A stretch of 64,000 nucleotides of DNA from Candidatus Delongbacteria bacterium (GTDB lineage Bacteria > UBA4055), in NCBI GenBank assembly GCA_016938275.1, contig JAFGUZ010000169.1:1734-65733 (forward strand), in the 5' to 3' direction. Both the position numbers and the translations under genes were made by a program. How positions within the stretch are numbered: the stretch's first letter is position 1; each line of letters begins with the position of its first letter. A model generated the notes under the pieces. The model was given only the letters and a program-made list of their open reading frames with translations, was not told the origin of the DNA and made no database searches. Positions 49,263 to 58,685 of this stretch are shown piece by piece.

Positions 49263-51086
49263 TTATTCCTTTGATGAATTATTACTTTTTATCAAATCTT
49301 CAACAACTTTCTTTAATTCCTCGATCTGTTTTTGCTGATTTTCTATCAATAATTGCTGTTCCTGAATCGCTTTTGTTAATACTGGAACTATACCATCATA
49401 ATTTATTCCTAAAGTCTCCCCTTTTTCAATGTCACCTTCCATACCACTTACAACCTCTGGTAATATTTCTCTGATCTCTTGTGCTATAAAACCCAGCTGT
49501 TCTTTTTTCTCTGTATCAGATTTGTAATTATATGAGACCGGTTTCAGCTTCATAATTTGTTTGATTCCATTTTTTTCATATGGAGTGATGTTTTCCTTCA
49601 ATCTTGAGTCCGAAGCACTAACCCAAGTTTCTCCATCAGAATATGCTCCACCATCAAGTGCGAAGAGATGATAAGTATATATTGATCCAATCCCAACATT
49701 TCCATTTGTCATAACTGTAAATGAAATATCACCAGTATACATATTATCTTTTTCAGCTCCCCTCCTTACTTGAAAAGCTATGTTATAATCATTATCCTTC
49801 TCAGTTCCTATAACCATAGCTGCTTCTTTCCCGTAAAAGTAATAACTCGGCCATTCAAGATTTTCTGATACAATATGAAATCTATACTTTGGATTGACTC
49901 CAATCCCCACATCTCCTTCTTCTGTTAATCTTATCTTAGAAGATGGATAATTATTTTCATATACAGGAACTCTAATATCAGTCCAATTTTGATATCCATC
50001 ATGACCAACTTCAATAACTGTTTGTTGATCCCAATATGATGCTCCCATCGAAAGTAATACTCCATAGGTTTCACCTAAATGAAGCAAACCGTATGGATTT
50101 AAAGTCTTAATTCCAAATTTACCAGCTTTATTAAATGTGAATAAATTCTGACTGGACTCAGATACAATCATCTGATCTGAGGATGCAGGAGAGAAAATTT
50201 GCCAGTCTGTGTCATAGGAAGTATCTGTTCTTTTGATTTGGTATCCTGACTGAACATTAGTTGAGACTGATGCAGAAATTCTATTTAAAGTTGTATTTGA
50301 AACTTCCAAACTATTAGTAGAATTAGTTGTACCAATGGAAACATTTCCACCAAAATAACTTTTTGCTGTACCATTGGAATAGAATGCGTAATTATTTGAA
50401 GCAGAATTTAAACCAGAAACATAAAAAGCATAATTGTTATTATTTCCAATGTTTTCTAAGTCAGCATAGTAGCCATAATTTGTTGAATTGCTTGCTCCAT
50501 TTACATATGTATTAACTCCATAGTTTACAACACCACCAGATAATCCTTGAATTAAAATATTTGCACCGATATTGTATGTTGCTCCTGCAACATCTAAGGA
50601 TATACCCCTATTCTGAAATCCTCCTACACCTTTAGCTTCAGACATAATAGAAAAATTATCATGATTGTTTAGATTAGATAGACTTCTAATTCCAATAGAT
50701 CCTCCTTCTACCAATAATTTTGAAATACTCGGAGCAGCTCCTATACCAACATTGCCAGAATTATAGTATATATCATTACCATTTACTTCCCATTGATAGG
50801 AATTTTCACCACTGTTAATTTTCGTCCAAGCTGATCCGGTGTAATAGTAGTATCCTGTAATATCATCTGTTTGGAAAACTGTTAATCCTGAAGCTGGACT
50901 CGCAATAGCTTCTCTTTCAGATTTAGTCATTCTTGGTGCTAGAAATCCTTTTGTGGTTGAAGATACATCAAGCATAGCAGAAGGATGGGCTAAAGATCCA
51001 GTCGTGTTAATACCAACTGATTGTGCATTTATTACTGTTGTAAAAAACAACAATGCGATCAAAAAAAACTTTACACACTTAACCAT
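49263..51086 (-). CDS. Tail-fibre-domain protein with a C-terminal intramolecular chaperone (peptidase S74) domain
   Basis: N-terminal …TKGFLAPRMTKSEREAIASPASGLTVFQTDD…; C-terminal SDSRLKENITPYEKNGIKQIMKLKPVSYNYK…GFIAQEIREILPEVV…INYDGIVPVLTKAIQEQ is the endosialidase-type chaperone domain. Confidence 0.6.
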   Translation of the reverse strand: MVKCVKFFLIALLFFTTVINAQSVGINTTGSLAHPSAMLDVSSTTKGFLAPRMTKSEREAIASPASGLTVFQTDDITGYYYYTGSAWTKINSGENSYQWEVNGNDIYYNSGNVGIGAAPSISKLLVEGGSIGIRSLSNLNNHDNFSIMSEAKGVGGFQNRGISLDVAGATYNIGANILIQGLSGGVVNYGVNTYVNGASNSTNYGYYADLENIGNNNNYAFYVSGLNSASNNYAFYSNGTAKSYFGGNVSIGTTNSTNSLEVSNTTLNRISASVSTNVQSGYQIKRTDTSYDTDWQIFSPASSDQMIVSESSQNLFTFNKAGKFGIKTLNPYGLLHLGETYGVLLSMGASYWDQQTVIEVGHDGYQNWTDIRVPVYENNYPSSKIRLTEEGDVGIGVNPKYRFHIVSENLEWPSYYFYGKEAAMVIGTEKDNDYNIAFQVRRGAEKDNMYTGDISFTVMTNGNVGIGSIYTYHLFALDGGAYSDGETWVSASDSRLKENITPYEKNGIKQIMKLKPVSYNYKSDTEKKEQLGFIAQEIREILPEVVSGMEGDIEKGETLGINYDGIVPVLTKAIQEQQLLIENQQKQIEELKKVVEDLIKSNNSSKE

Positions 51087-51244
51087 ATTTCACCTTATTA
51101 TTTTATTTCCTGTGAAGTTAGATAACAACTTTATTAACTACTGTGATACAGATCAAATATAAGATATTGTGATCAAAAAAACACTACAATTAAATGAATT
51201 ATTATGTATGGTTTGAATGCTATTCCAATGTAATTTCAATATTT

Positions 51245-53236
51245 CTAATCATGACACAACGAACATTTAATATCATCGTTAGTTTTATGATTTCCACTGA
51301 ATGAAAAGCTCCATTCATCATGGCAACGTAGACAATCAAATGAAGCATTAACATGAAACTTAGAAGATGCTTTTAAAAAGTCAGTTTTATGACAATCATA
51401 ACAATTATTATGAGGTTTAGTAGTTCTGAAAGTAATATCATTTTCATGGCATTCATCACAATCGGCAATTTTATGAGAACCATTGAGTCTAAATCCCGAA
51501 AATTTATGTTTATAATCTAAAATACTCCATTCTTCAACATCATGACATTCGGAGCAATTACTATTTAAATAACCTTTATGATAATCTGAATGACAACTAA
51601 TACATGATGACGACACATTAAAATTATGATTCTTATGACAGACATTACAATCTGTTTGAGCATGCTTTCCAGCTTCGAACTTTTGGTTCTTGTGATCATA
51701 ATTTACATTCTTAAACTTAACATCATTATGACAGGTATTACACTTTAAGTCTAGATTATTATTATGGATATTCTCATGACAAAATTTACAATCAATTGAT
51801 TTATCCTCAAAAACTGCATTTTTTACATTTTTATAATCCGGACTGCTTCCACTCCACTTGTGACACTCTCTACATTTCAAATCTTTATGGCTGTTTACGG
51901 TTTTAAAATTTAGTTTATTATGATCAAATTTACCGGTATTTTTCCAATCAGTCTGATTATGACAATCCAAACAATTTTTACTCAATTGATTATTATGACG
52001 ATCTTCATGGCAGTCTAGACAAGTAACATCTTTATCAGAAATATAAAACTTATGCTCTTTTTTATGGCATTTACTACACTCTTTATCCTTGTGAGCCTCA
52101 ACTAGTTCATATTTTGCCAATCTTGTATGGTCGAAATTGTCTGCAATCTTAAAATTTTTCTGATTATGGCACTTCAGACATTCATCACTTAATGTATTTT
52201 TATGAACATCCTCATGGCAGCTTTGACAAGTGGAAAATTTCAATTTTCGATTAACTTTATGGCATTCAAAACATTTTAAATCTGCATGAGTATCCACTAG
52301 TTCGTAATTTGATACTTTCTTATGGTCAAAAGGTTTTAAATCTTTAAATGATGTTTCCTTATGACATAATTGACAATCTTTATCCTTAGTATCGAAAACA
52401 TTTTGGTGGTTTGATTCATGACAAGATGAGCAAGTTTTTTTATCAAGCTTGTACTCTCTGGTTTCATGGCAAGTATTACAACTTAATGTTCTATGAACAT
52501 CAACAAGTTTAAAACCTGTCGTATCATGATTAAAAATTTCTGGTTGAAAAAATGTTTTATCAAAAACACTGTGGCAAGCTTCGCATTTATTGCCAAGTTT
52601 TCCTTTATGAGGCTCATCTTTTCCGTGACAATCAATACAATTTTTCTTTTCAGTTTTAAATTTATATTCAGAGTGACACTTAAGACAAGTTAGCTTAGTA
52701 TGAGAACCCAAAATATCAAATTTATCATGTTTAAAACTATCATTCATTTTCTTGAAACTATTTGTATTATGGCATCTCTCACAATCATTATCAAACTCTT
52801 TATCATGTTTACTTTCATGGCATGTATGACAATTTGTAGACTCTACCATATACGTGGAATCACTTTTTGTATGGCAATTATTACAATTAACTCTAATATG
52901 ATTTCCAGTAAGTTTATATCCTGTTTCATCATGATTAAAGGATCCAATATTCAAATTTCTAGAATCATAATCTATTCCATGATGGTCAGAATGACACTTA
53001 AAACAATCCTCTTTCTTATCTTTATGATAACCTTTATTTTCGTCAATTCTCTTCTTTAAAACTTTATGACATGCTAAACACAAATCTTCAGATAAAGTTT
53101 TTTCAGAGGTGTGACATAATGAACAGCTATCCAGCGTATCGTAAGCAGAATGAGACTTTGTCAATTTTCCTGGACTGAAAATACTTGAAATTCCCAGAAC
53201 TGTCAGGATGAATATGAATAGAATTATTTTTTTCAT
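51245..53236 (-). CDS. Periplasmic multiheme cytochrome c (about 28 CxxCH motifs)
   Basis: Signal peptide; about 28 CxxCH haem-binding sites in 663 aa with repeating CxxCH-(x)n-H modules. Confidence 0.85.
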   Translation of the reverse strand: MKKIILFIFILTVLGISSIFSPGKLTKSHSAYDTLDSCSLCHTSEKTLSEDLCLACHKVLKKRIDENKGYHKDKKEDCFKCHSDHHGIDYDSRNLNIGSFNHDETGYKLTGNHIRVNCNNCHTKSDSTYMVESTNCHTCHESKHDKEFDNDCERCHNTNSFKKMNDSFKHDKFDILGSHTKLTCLKCHSEYKFKTEKKNCIDCHGKDEPHKGKLGNKCEACHSVFDKTFFQPEIFNHDTTGFKLVDVHRTLSCNTCHETREYKLDKKTCSSCHESNHQNVFDTKDKDCQLCHKETSFKDLKPFDHKKVSNYELVDTHADLKCFECHKVNRKLKFSTCQSCHEDVHKNTLSDECLKCHNQKNFKIADNFDHTRLAKYELVEAHKDKECSKCHKKEHKFYISDKDVTCLDCHEDRHNNQLSKNCLDCHNQTDWKNTGKFDHNKLNFKTVNSHKDLKCRECHKWSGSSPDYKNVKNAVFEDKSIDCKFCHENIHNNNLDLKCNTCHNDVKFKNVNYDHKNQKFEAGKHAQTDCNVCHKNHNFNVSSSCISCHSDYHKGYLNSNCSECHDVEEWSILDYKHKFSGFRLNGSHKIADCDECHENDITFRTTKPHNNCYDCHKTDFLKASSKFHVNASFDCLRCHDEWSFSFSGNHKTNDDIKCSLCHD

Positions 53237-54459
53237 AGTAGATTTATATAGTTATACCCAACTTTAAAACTTATTAATATATGAACTATCAACAAGATAA
53301 ACATTATTATCGTTGCGACAATGTGAATTATATGCCATGACTTTAGAAGATTTCTATAACAAGTGAATCTAAAATATTGAAAATAAAGGACAGCAATTTT
53401 TTGCTCATCTTCACTGGTTATTCCTAAAGATTTAAAAAATCTAACCATACCAAACAAGACTGATTTTGGAATTTTCCTGGAGTCTTTTATCTTTTCTAAT
53501 CTATTTAGTAAATTTTGCAAATTTTCTTTATCTTCTGAATTTAAAATAATATGCTCTGCTTTAGCTAGAAACTCCATATGACTTTCATCGTAGAAAAAGA
53601 AAAATGAAAGTTTAGTGTAAACATATCTTCCCAATGCACCAGTAAGCACAGCAAGTAGTGTCGCTAAAAAAAGATAGAAAGCTAAAGTCTCACTATTAAA
53701 TTTAAACGCAGTATGCCAAATGATCAGAACAAAAGCCATTACACCCGTCGTCATATGAATCTTTAGATTTCGTTCCAGATTAAATTTTTCGTATCGTTTA
53801 AATCTTCTGATATAAACATAAAATAGGTTTATTAAAAAAAGTAAAGTCCCCACAATTCCAAGCATATGACCAACAAGTCCGCCGGGTTTAAGAAAAAAAT
53901 GTAGATCATTTTGAAGTCTCTGTTCGATCGGAGTTGAATAGTAGTTATAAAACATAAAAGCAGGAACAACCGTTATCATAATAAATAGAAGTGAAAGTAG
54001 ATAGTATTTCAAATTATCAAACGGTTTAAAATCCTCTTCACAACCTTCAATTAAAGCTCCAGTAGGACAAGCAATTATACAGGATTTATTTTCAAAACCT
54101 TTACACAAATCACACTTCATAACAGAGTCAGCTCTCCCACGCTTTTCTCTATTGTTAAATACTGCCGAAAGAACACCATTCGAACATTTCTTAACACACA
54201 ACGTACAGCTAATACATTTGGAATAATCAATTATAGGAATCTGTTTTTCATCGTCAATTGTAATGCATTTTACAGGACATGATGCCATACATGCATGATC
54301 TTCACAGATAAGACAATTTACAGTTTTACGTATGAATCCTACTTCTTCACCATATGGAATACGTCTATTTTGTCCGTGTCTATCAGCACAAGCTGTTTCA
54401 CAAAGTCCACAATCTATACATCTGTCAGTTCTGCAATATATTATATTTTTTCTACTCAT
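53233..54459 (-). CDS. Membrane-anchored polyferredoxin: N-terminal cytoplasmic domain with four [4Fe-4S]-type Cys clusters fused to a five-helix His-rich membrane domain (NarI/HdrE/DsrM-like candidate di-haem b)
   Basis: CIDCGLCETAC, CLICEDHACMASCP, CISCTLCVKKC and CDLCKGFENKSCIIACP; then five hydrophobic helices with conserved His (GHMLG, IHMTTG, WHTAF, WHIIHIV, VHILI). No signal peptide. Confidence 0.65.
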   Translation of the reverse strand: MSRKNIIYCRTDRCIDCGLCETACADRHGQNRRIPYGEEVGFIRKTVNCLICEDHACMASCPVKCITIDDEKQIPIIDYSKCISCTLCVKKCSNGVLSAVFNNREKRGRADSVMKCDLCKGFENKSCIIACPTGALIEGCEEDFKPFDNLKYYLLSLLFIMITVVPAFMFYNYYSTPIEQRLQNDLHFFLKPGGLVGHMLGIVGTLLFLINLFYVYIRRFKRYEKFNLERNLKIHMTTGVMAFVLIIWHTAFKFNSETLAFYLFLATLLAVLTGALGRYVYTKLSFFFFYDESHMEFLAKAEHIILNSEDKENLQNLLNRLEKIKDSRKIPKSVLFGMVRFFKSLGITSEDEQKIAVLYFQYFRFTCYRNLLKSWHIIHIVATIIMFILLIVHILISFKVGYNYINLL

Positions 54460-55279
54460 TCCAATTCACCTGATTATGACAAGTATAGCATGCTGTATCT
54501 TCAGTTGGTTCATGATGAGAATTAAAATCATCCTCATGACAATAGAAACAGATCAATTTATTATCTTCTGGCGGTATTCCCAAGTGACATGTCGAGCAAC
54601 TGTAAGTTGCATGTTCACCCTCAATTACAAAAGAGTGACTATAATTTTGTACATTCCAATTATCCAGATCGGTATGACAATCAAGGCAATTTGAATTATT
54701 TTCAAAGTATTGGTGAATCTCATTTTGATCTTCTCCAATGTGACAGTTCAGGCAAACATTACGATTGTCTATATAATTATCAAAATGGCAGGCTATACAA
54801 GTATAAATTTGATGATATTCGCCAATTACAAGTTTAGTATGAGTGTAATTTTGAACATACCAGTCTGAATCATTATGGCAAGTTTCACATGATGAACTGA
54901 AAAGATTTGTGAAATGATTTACATAACTGTCGCTTCCTGGACGTTCTGTAGCATGACAATTTATACACTGCTTACCGATATTATGATAATCTACTGTGTA
55001 TTCAGTCATTTGATGACATTCATAACAAGTAGTTTGAATATTGTTTAATTTGTGATTTGGAACTTTAGCCGTATCGTACATCTCTGTATGACATGAAATA
55101 CACTGAATATTTTTGTATTCAGAATCATCTATATGGCAGACATTACAATCCTCAACAATATGCCTACCCAATTGCTCTTCAGTGTGATAATCCTGAGGAG
55201 ATAAATTGTTTTTGACTTTTTCACCATCTATACATGAGATTGTAAGCGATATAAGTATAAGATATATTATAATTTTCAT
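54452..55279 (-). CDS. Multiheme cytochrome c lipoprotein (11 CxxCH)
   Basis: Lipoprotein signal (LTISC); 11 CxxCH motifs in 275 aa. Confidence 0.85.
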   Translation of the reverse strand: MKIIIYLILISLTISCIDGEKVKNNLSPQDYHTEEQLGRHIVEDCNVCHIDDSEYKNIQCISCHTEMYDTAKVPNHKLNNIQTTCYECHQMTEYTVDYHNIGKQCINCHATERPGSDSYVNHFTNLFSSSCETCHNDSDWYVQNYTHTKLVIGEYHQIYTCIACHFDNYIDNRNVCLNCHIGEDQNEIHQYFENNSNCLDCHTDLDNWNVQNYSHSFVIEGEHATYSCSTCHLGIPPEDNKLICFYCHEDDFNSHHEPTEDTACYTCHNQVNWNE

Positions 55280-56415
55280 TTATGATCCAATGAATACTTG
55301 AAAGTAATATTTGCTATCTGTCTTGCATGTTTTGCAGTATCAATTACAGTATCAAACCCAAAAATAAGCTTAAAATTTTCAGTTTTCCATATACCTGATA
55401 TTCTTGGCATTATTGTTAATACGATATCCGTATAATCACTGGAATTTGAAGATTCTGTAACTAATTCAAGCCCAGCCCTTAAAAGAAAATTTCTAGAAAA
55501 TTTCTCCGTTACTCCAGTTTCAAAATCAATATAATCACACCAATTATTACTTCCTGCAATAATGTCAGAATACATATCATAACCAAAAATAAATTTGTAA
55601 ATTTCAGAATTTACACCAAACTCCACAAATTTATATTCGCCATCTCTGTATTTTGAGTTTACGTTTAAATTGAATTTCTCGAAAGGAATGTAGGTTGATA
55701 AACCATAAGTAGAAAATCTTGATTTAGAATAGATCGTATCATTTATTGCATCTGTAAAATACAATTGATTTGAATAATCTGTTCTAAGAATAAATCTATC
55801 AAAATCGTATGAGATTTGAGCACTACCATTCTTTAAATTACTATCGCTGAAATTGTAATTAAAAATTCCTGAAAAACTTTTCTCTGAATCGTTGTAGTTT
55901 AAGAAATTACAGAAATAGTATTTCCCTTGGTCTTTATTTAAAGAAGTATTAAAACCTATTAACTCTGATGAAATTCTAACTCCGGTGAAAAAATTTGTTA
56001 CATCTGCACTAAACTTATCATAATCCACACTACTTCCCACACCTGTATAGAAACCTAATTTATCAGTACCATAAGGTTCGCTAAAAATATAAGCTCCATC
56101 ATACAAGCCTGATATGGAAGGTAAAGGTATAAAATATCTACCAAGTACCATTGTATAATGTTTTTTAATTAAACTCATTTCTAGTTTCTTGACTTGAAAG
56201 TAGTTGTCATTATAAGTTTCTGTAATTTTGTTTTTGAAGAATAAATCATAGTCATAAACTACATTTTCTCCGTAAAATCCATCAGATTTAAAACCTAATC
56301 CAGGGGACAAATAGTAATTGGATCTACTATCAATACTAAAGCCGGACTTTGAATAGAACTCCAAATTTCCGGCTAAAATAATATTTACGAATATTAGAAC
56401 AAGAAATAATTTCAC
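55276..56415 (-). CDS. Putative outer-membrane beta-barrel (porin-like) protein
   Basis: Signal peptide; amphipathic beta-strand composition rich in Y/F/N/S/T/G with alternating hydrophobics; aromatic-rich C-terminal strand (…ITFKYSL); GTG start overlapping the upstream stop. Confidence 0.5.
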   Translation of the reverse strand: MKLFLVLIFVNIILAGNLEFYSKSGFSIDSRSNYYLSPGLGFKSDGFYGENVVYDYDLFFKNKITETYNDNYFQVKKLEMSLIKKHYTMVLGRYFIPLPSISGLYDGAYIFSEPYGTDKLGFYTGVGSSVDYDKFSADVTNFFTGVRISSELIGFNTSLNKDQGKYYFCNFLNYNDSEKSFSGIFNYNFSDSNLKNGSAQISYDFDRFILRTDYSNQLYFTDAINDTIYSKSRFSTYGLSTYIPFEKFNLNVNSKYRDGEYKFVEFGVNSEIYKFIFGYDMYSDIIAGSNNWCDYIDFETGVTEKFSRNFLLRAGLELVTESSNSSDYTDIVLTIMPRISGIWKTENFKLIFGFDTVIDTAKHARQIANITFKYSLDHK

Positions 56416-57242
56416 TATTTAACCAGTATCATCTTTCTTGAAAGTTCCTGATTTATTCCAGAAAATTTAACGAAATAAACACCACTTATTAATCTACTTC
56501 CATCAAAATTGAAAGAGTGTATTCCTGAGCTTAGTTTACCATTATAGACTTCTGCAACGATTTCTCCTTTTGCATTTACAACATTGAGTTTACCATAATC
56601 TTCCACATCAGATTTAAGTTCAATCGTTGTAGTTGGATTAAAAGGATTTGGATAGTTTGAAATATTCATATTGGAAGCCAAATTCTCATCAATACCAACA
56701 GGATTAACAAGTATATCAATGTTTTCACTTTGCTCATAATCGTTATTACCTACAAATGCGTAGGCTTTTAAAGTATAAGTTCCAGCGGTTTCAGGAGCTT
56801 TTAATGTCCAAGTCCAAACCAGACTTCCATCAGCTCTTTCGTTGTAATTAAATTTTGTAGTATTGCTATTAGGATCTTCAATTATTTCCCAACCTTTATT
56901 TTGAGGCATGTCAACAGTAGAACCATCAACGCTCATAAGATACACACCCATAATTTTACCAGCACCAGGATGGAACGGAGGATTGTAGCCAGGAGCTACT
57001 TCGTAAGTAAAGGTTATCTCTTCATTTATGTTTACTTCTACTTGTGTTGTTGTTAATACTAAGTTTTTTTGACCATTTGAAGGTCCTGAAGAGTGACATG
57101 ATCTACAGTATTGATTACCATACTTGTCAGTCAGATAACTTCCGTTCCAGTTTCCAGGAACATTACTGCCATTTGTGTAATGATTTGCATAGCCAAATGC
57201 AAAACCAACTAAAGCTACTATTGCTATTGCGATTATTTTCAC
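56415..57242 (-). CDS. Secreted monoheme c-type (CxxCH) protein with an Ig-like middle region and a T9SS C-terminal domain
   Basis: Signal peptide; single CRSCH; C-terminal ISNYPNPFNPTTTIELKSD…SGVYFVKFSG…RKMILVK; GTG start with a GGGG RBS. Confidence 0.6.
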   Translation of the reverse strand: MKIIAIAIVALVGFAFGYANHYTNGSNVPGNWNGSYLTDKYGNQYCRSCHSSGPSNGQKNLVLTTTQVEVNINEEITFTYEVAPGYNPPFHPGAGKIMGVYLMSVDGSTVDMPQNKGWEIIEDPNSNTTKFNYNERADGSLVWTWTLKAPETAGTYTLKAYAFVGNNDYEQSENIDILVNPVGIDENLASNMNISNYPNPFNPTTTIELKSDVEDYGKLNVVNAKGEIVAEVYNGKLSSGIHSFNFDGSRLISGVYFVKFSGINQELSRKMILVK

Positions 57243-57430
57243 TTTTGATCCCCTTTTTCTCTCTAATAACGTGGTAATTAAATAAATATTTTAAAAAAGT
57301 ATACAAAAAAAATATTTAATTTTACATCTAGTTTATTAACTAAAAAAATAAATTCTGGTTACAATGATTTTAGCATTTTCATTTAATTAGTATAAAACTA
57401 GACTAAATCTGTCAATTATTTTGTTGGCTT

Positions 57431-57446
57431 TGTAACATATATTACA
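57431..57446. promoter_or_regulatory. Imperfect palindrome TGTAA-N6-TTACA (CRP/FNR-like half-sites) in the divergent promoter region
   Basis: Seen directly in the 260-nt intergenic region between the cytochrome operon and the divergent Fe-S gene. Confidence 0.25.
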
Positions 57447-57502
57447 TTAAAGATTAAATCAATAGCTTATAATTTGATCATAAACTACGAAAGGAGAACA
57501 AA

Positions 57503-58336
57503 ATGATAAGAGAAATGGTAAAGATAGATAATGATAAATGTGATGGATGTGGATTATGTGTTCCAAATTGTCATGAGGGAGCATTGCAAATAATTGATGG
57601 TAAAGCAAGATTGATATCTGACCTAATGTGTGATGGTTTGGGGGCATGTATTGGACATTGTCCTCAAGGAGCTATCACGATTGAAAAAAGAGAAGCTATG
57701 CCATACGATGAGATTAAGGTATTAAAAGACAACATTATACCTGCTGGTAAAAATGTGTTAAAAGCTCATTTAGAACATCTACATGAGCATGGAGAAACTG
57801 AATATCTAAATGAAGCATTAAATTTTCTTAAGTCTGAAAATATAAATATTCCAGATTATAAAGCAGTAAAATTATGCTCAAGTGGTGGTTGTCCTGGCTC
57901 TGCAATAAAGGAGATAAAAAGAGAATCTGATGATTCAGTTAATGCAGAGACTCCATCAGAATTGACTCAATGGCCAGTTCAGTTACATTTAGCAAATCCA
58001 GCAGCTACCTATTTTAAAAATGCAGATCTTTTAGTTGCAGCAGATTGTACTGCTTTTACAATTGGTAATTTTCATTCAAAATATTTGAAAGGTAAAAAAC
58101 TTGTAATTGCTTGTCCAAAACTGGACTCAAATCAAGATGTTTATCTGAGAAAAATTAAAGCACTAATTGATCAAGCAGAAATCAATACATTAACAGTAAT
58201 GATTATGGAAGTTCCATGCTGTGGAGGTCTTGTTCAGCTAGTCAAAAATGCTGTAAATGATTCAAAGAGAAAAGTACCTGTAAAATTAATCATTGTTGGT
58301 ATAGAAGGTGTAATTAAAAAAAATGAATGGATTTAA
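57503..58336 (+). CDS. 4Fe-4S dicluster domain protein with a FrhB-like/CCG-like C-terminal domain
   Basis: CDGCGLCVPNC and CDGLGACIGHCP ferredoxin motifs; C-terminal VAADCTAF…VPCCGG. Confidence 0.5.
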   Translation: MIREMVKIDNDKCDGCGLCVPNCHEGALQIIDGKARLISDLMCDGLGACIGHCPQGAITIEKREAMPYDEIKVLKDNIIPAGKNVLKAHLEHLHEHGETEYLNEALNFLKSENINIPDYKAVKLCSSGGCPGSAIKEIKRESDDSVNAETPSELTQWPVQLHLANPAATYFKNADLLVAADCTAFTIGNFHSKYLKGKKLVIACPKLDSNQDVYLRKIKALIDQAEINTLTVMIMEVPCCGGLVQLVKNAVNDSKRKVPVKLIIVGIEGVIKKNEWI

Positions 58337-58685
58337 AGAATTTGTTTAAGTTAAAAGTGCAATATTATAAAATGTTCTTTTTTGATACTCAAAATTAAAT
58401 AATATCAATAAATTAAAACAAAATTGAAAAAAACCGATCAAGTGATTGGTTTTTTTCAATTTAAATAATGAGATTACTACTTTTACAAGAACTATATTGA
58501 ATATTTCATAGTAATACTTTTTATGAAAATGAATTCTGCTTAAACGTTTCACTTATTAGAAAGTAACAGTATAAGTTTTCATTTGTTATACTCAGTTACC
58601 ATCTATTTGGGATTAAAAACTTTTTGTTTTTTCTCTTGTAATTTTACAATATTCTGAACTTATTACAAAAAAATTCAGGGGAGGA

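Noticed and set aside
52493-53059. Two + strand ORFs (66 and 119 aa) inside the 28-heme cytochrome gene
   Set aside because: They are antisense to a strongly supported gene, composed of low-complexity F/I/M-rich peptides typical of AT-rich antisense frames, and have no RBS.
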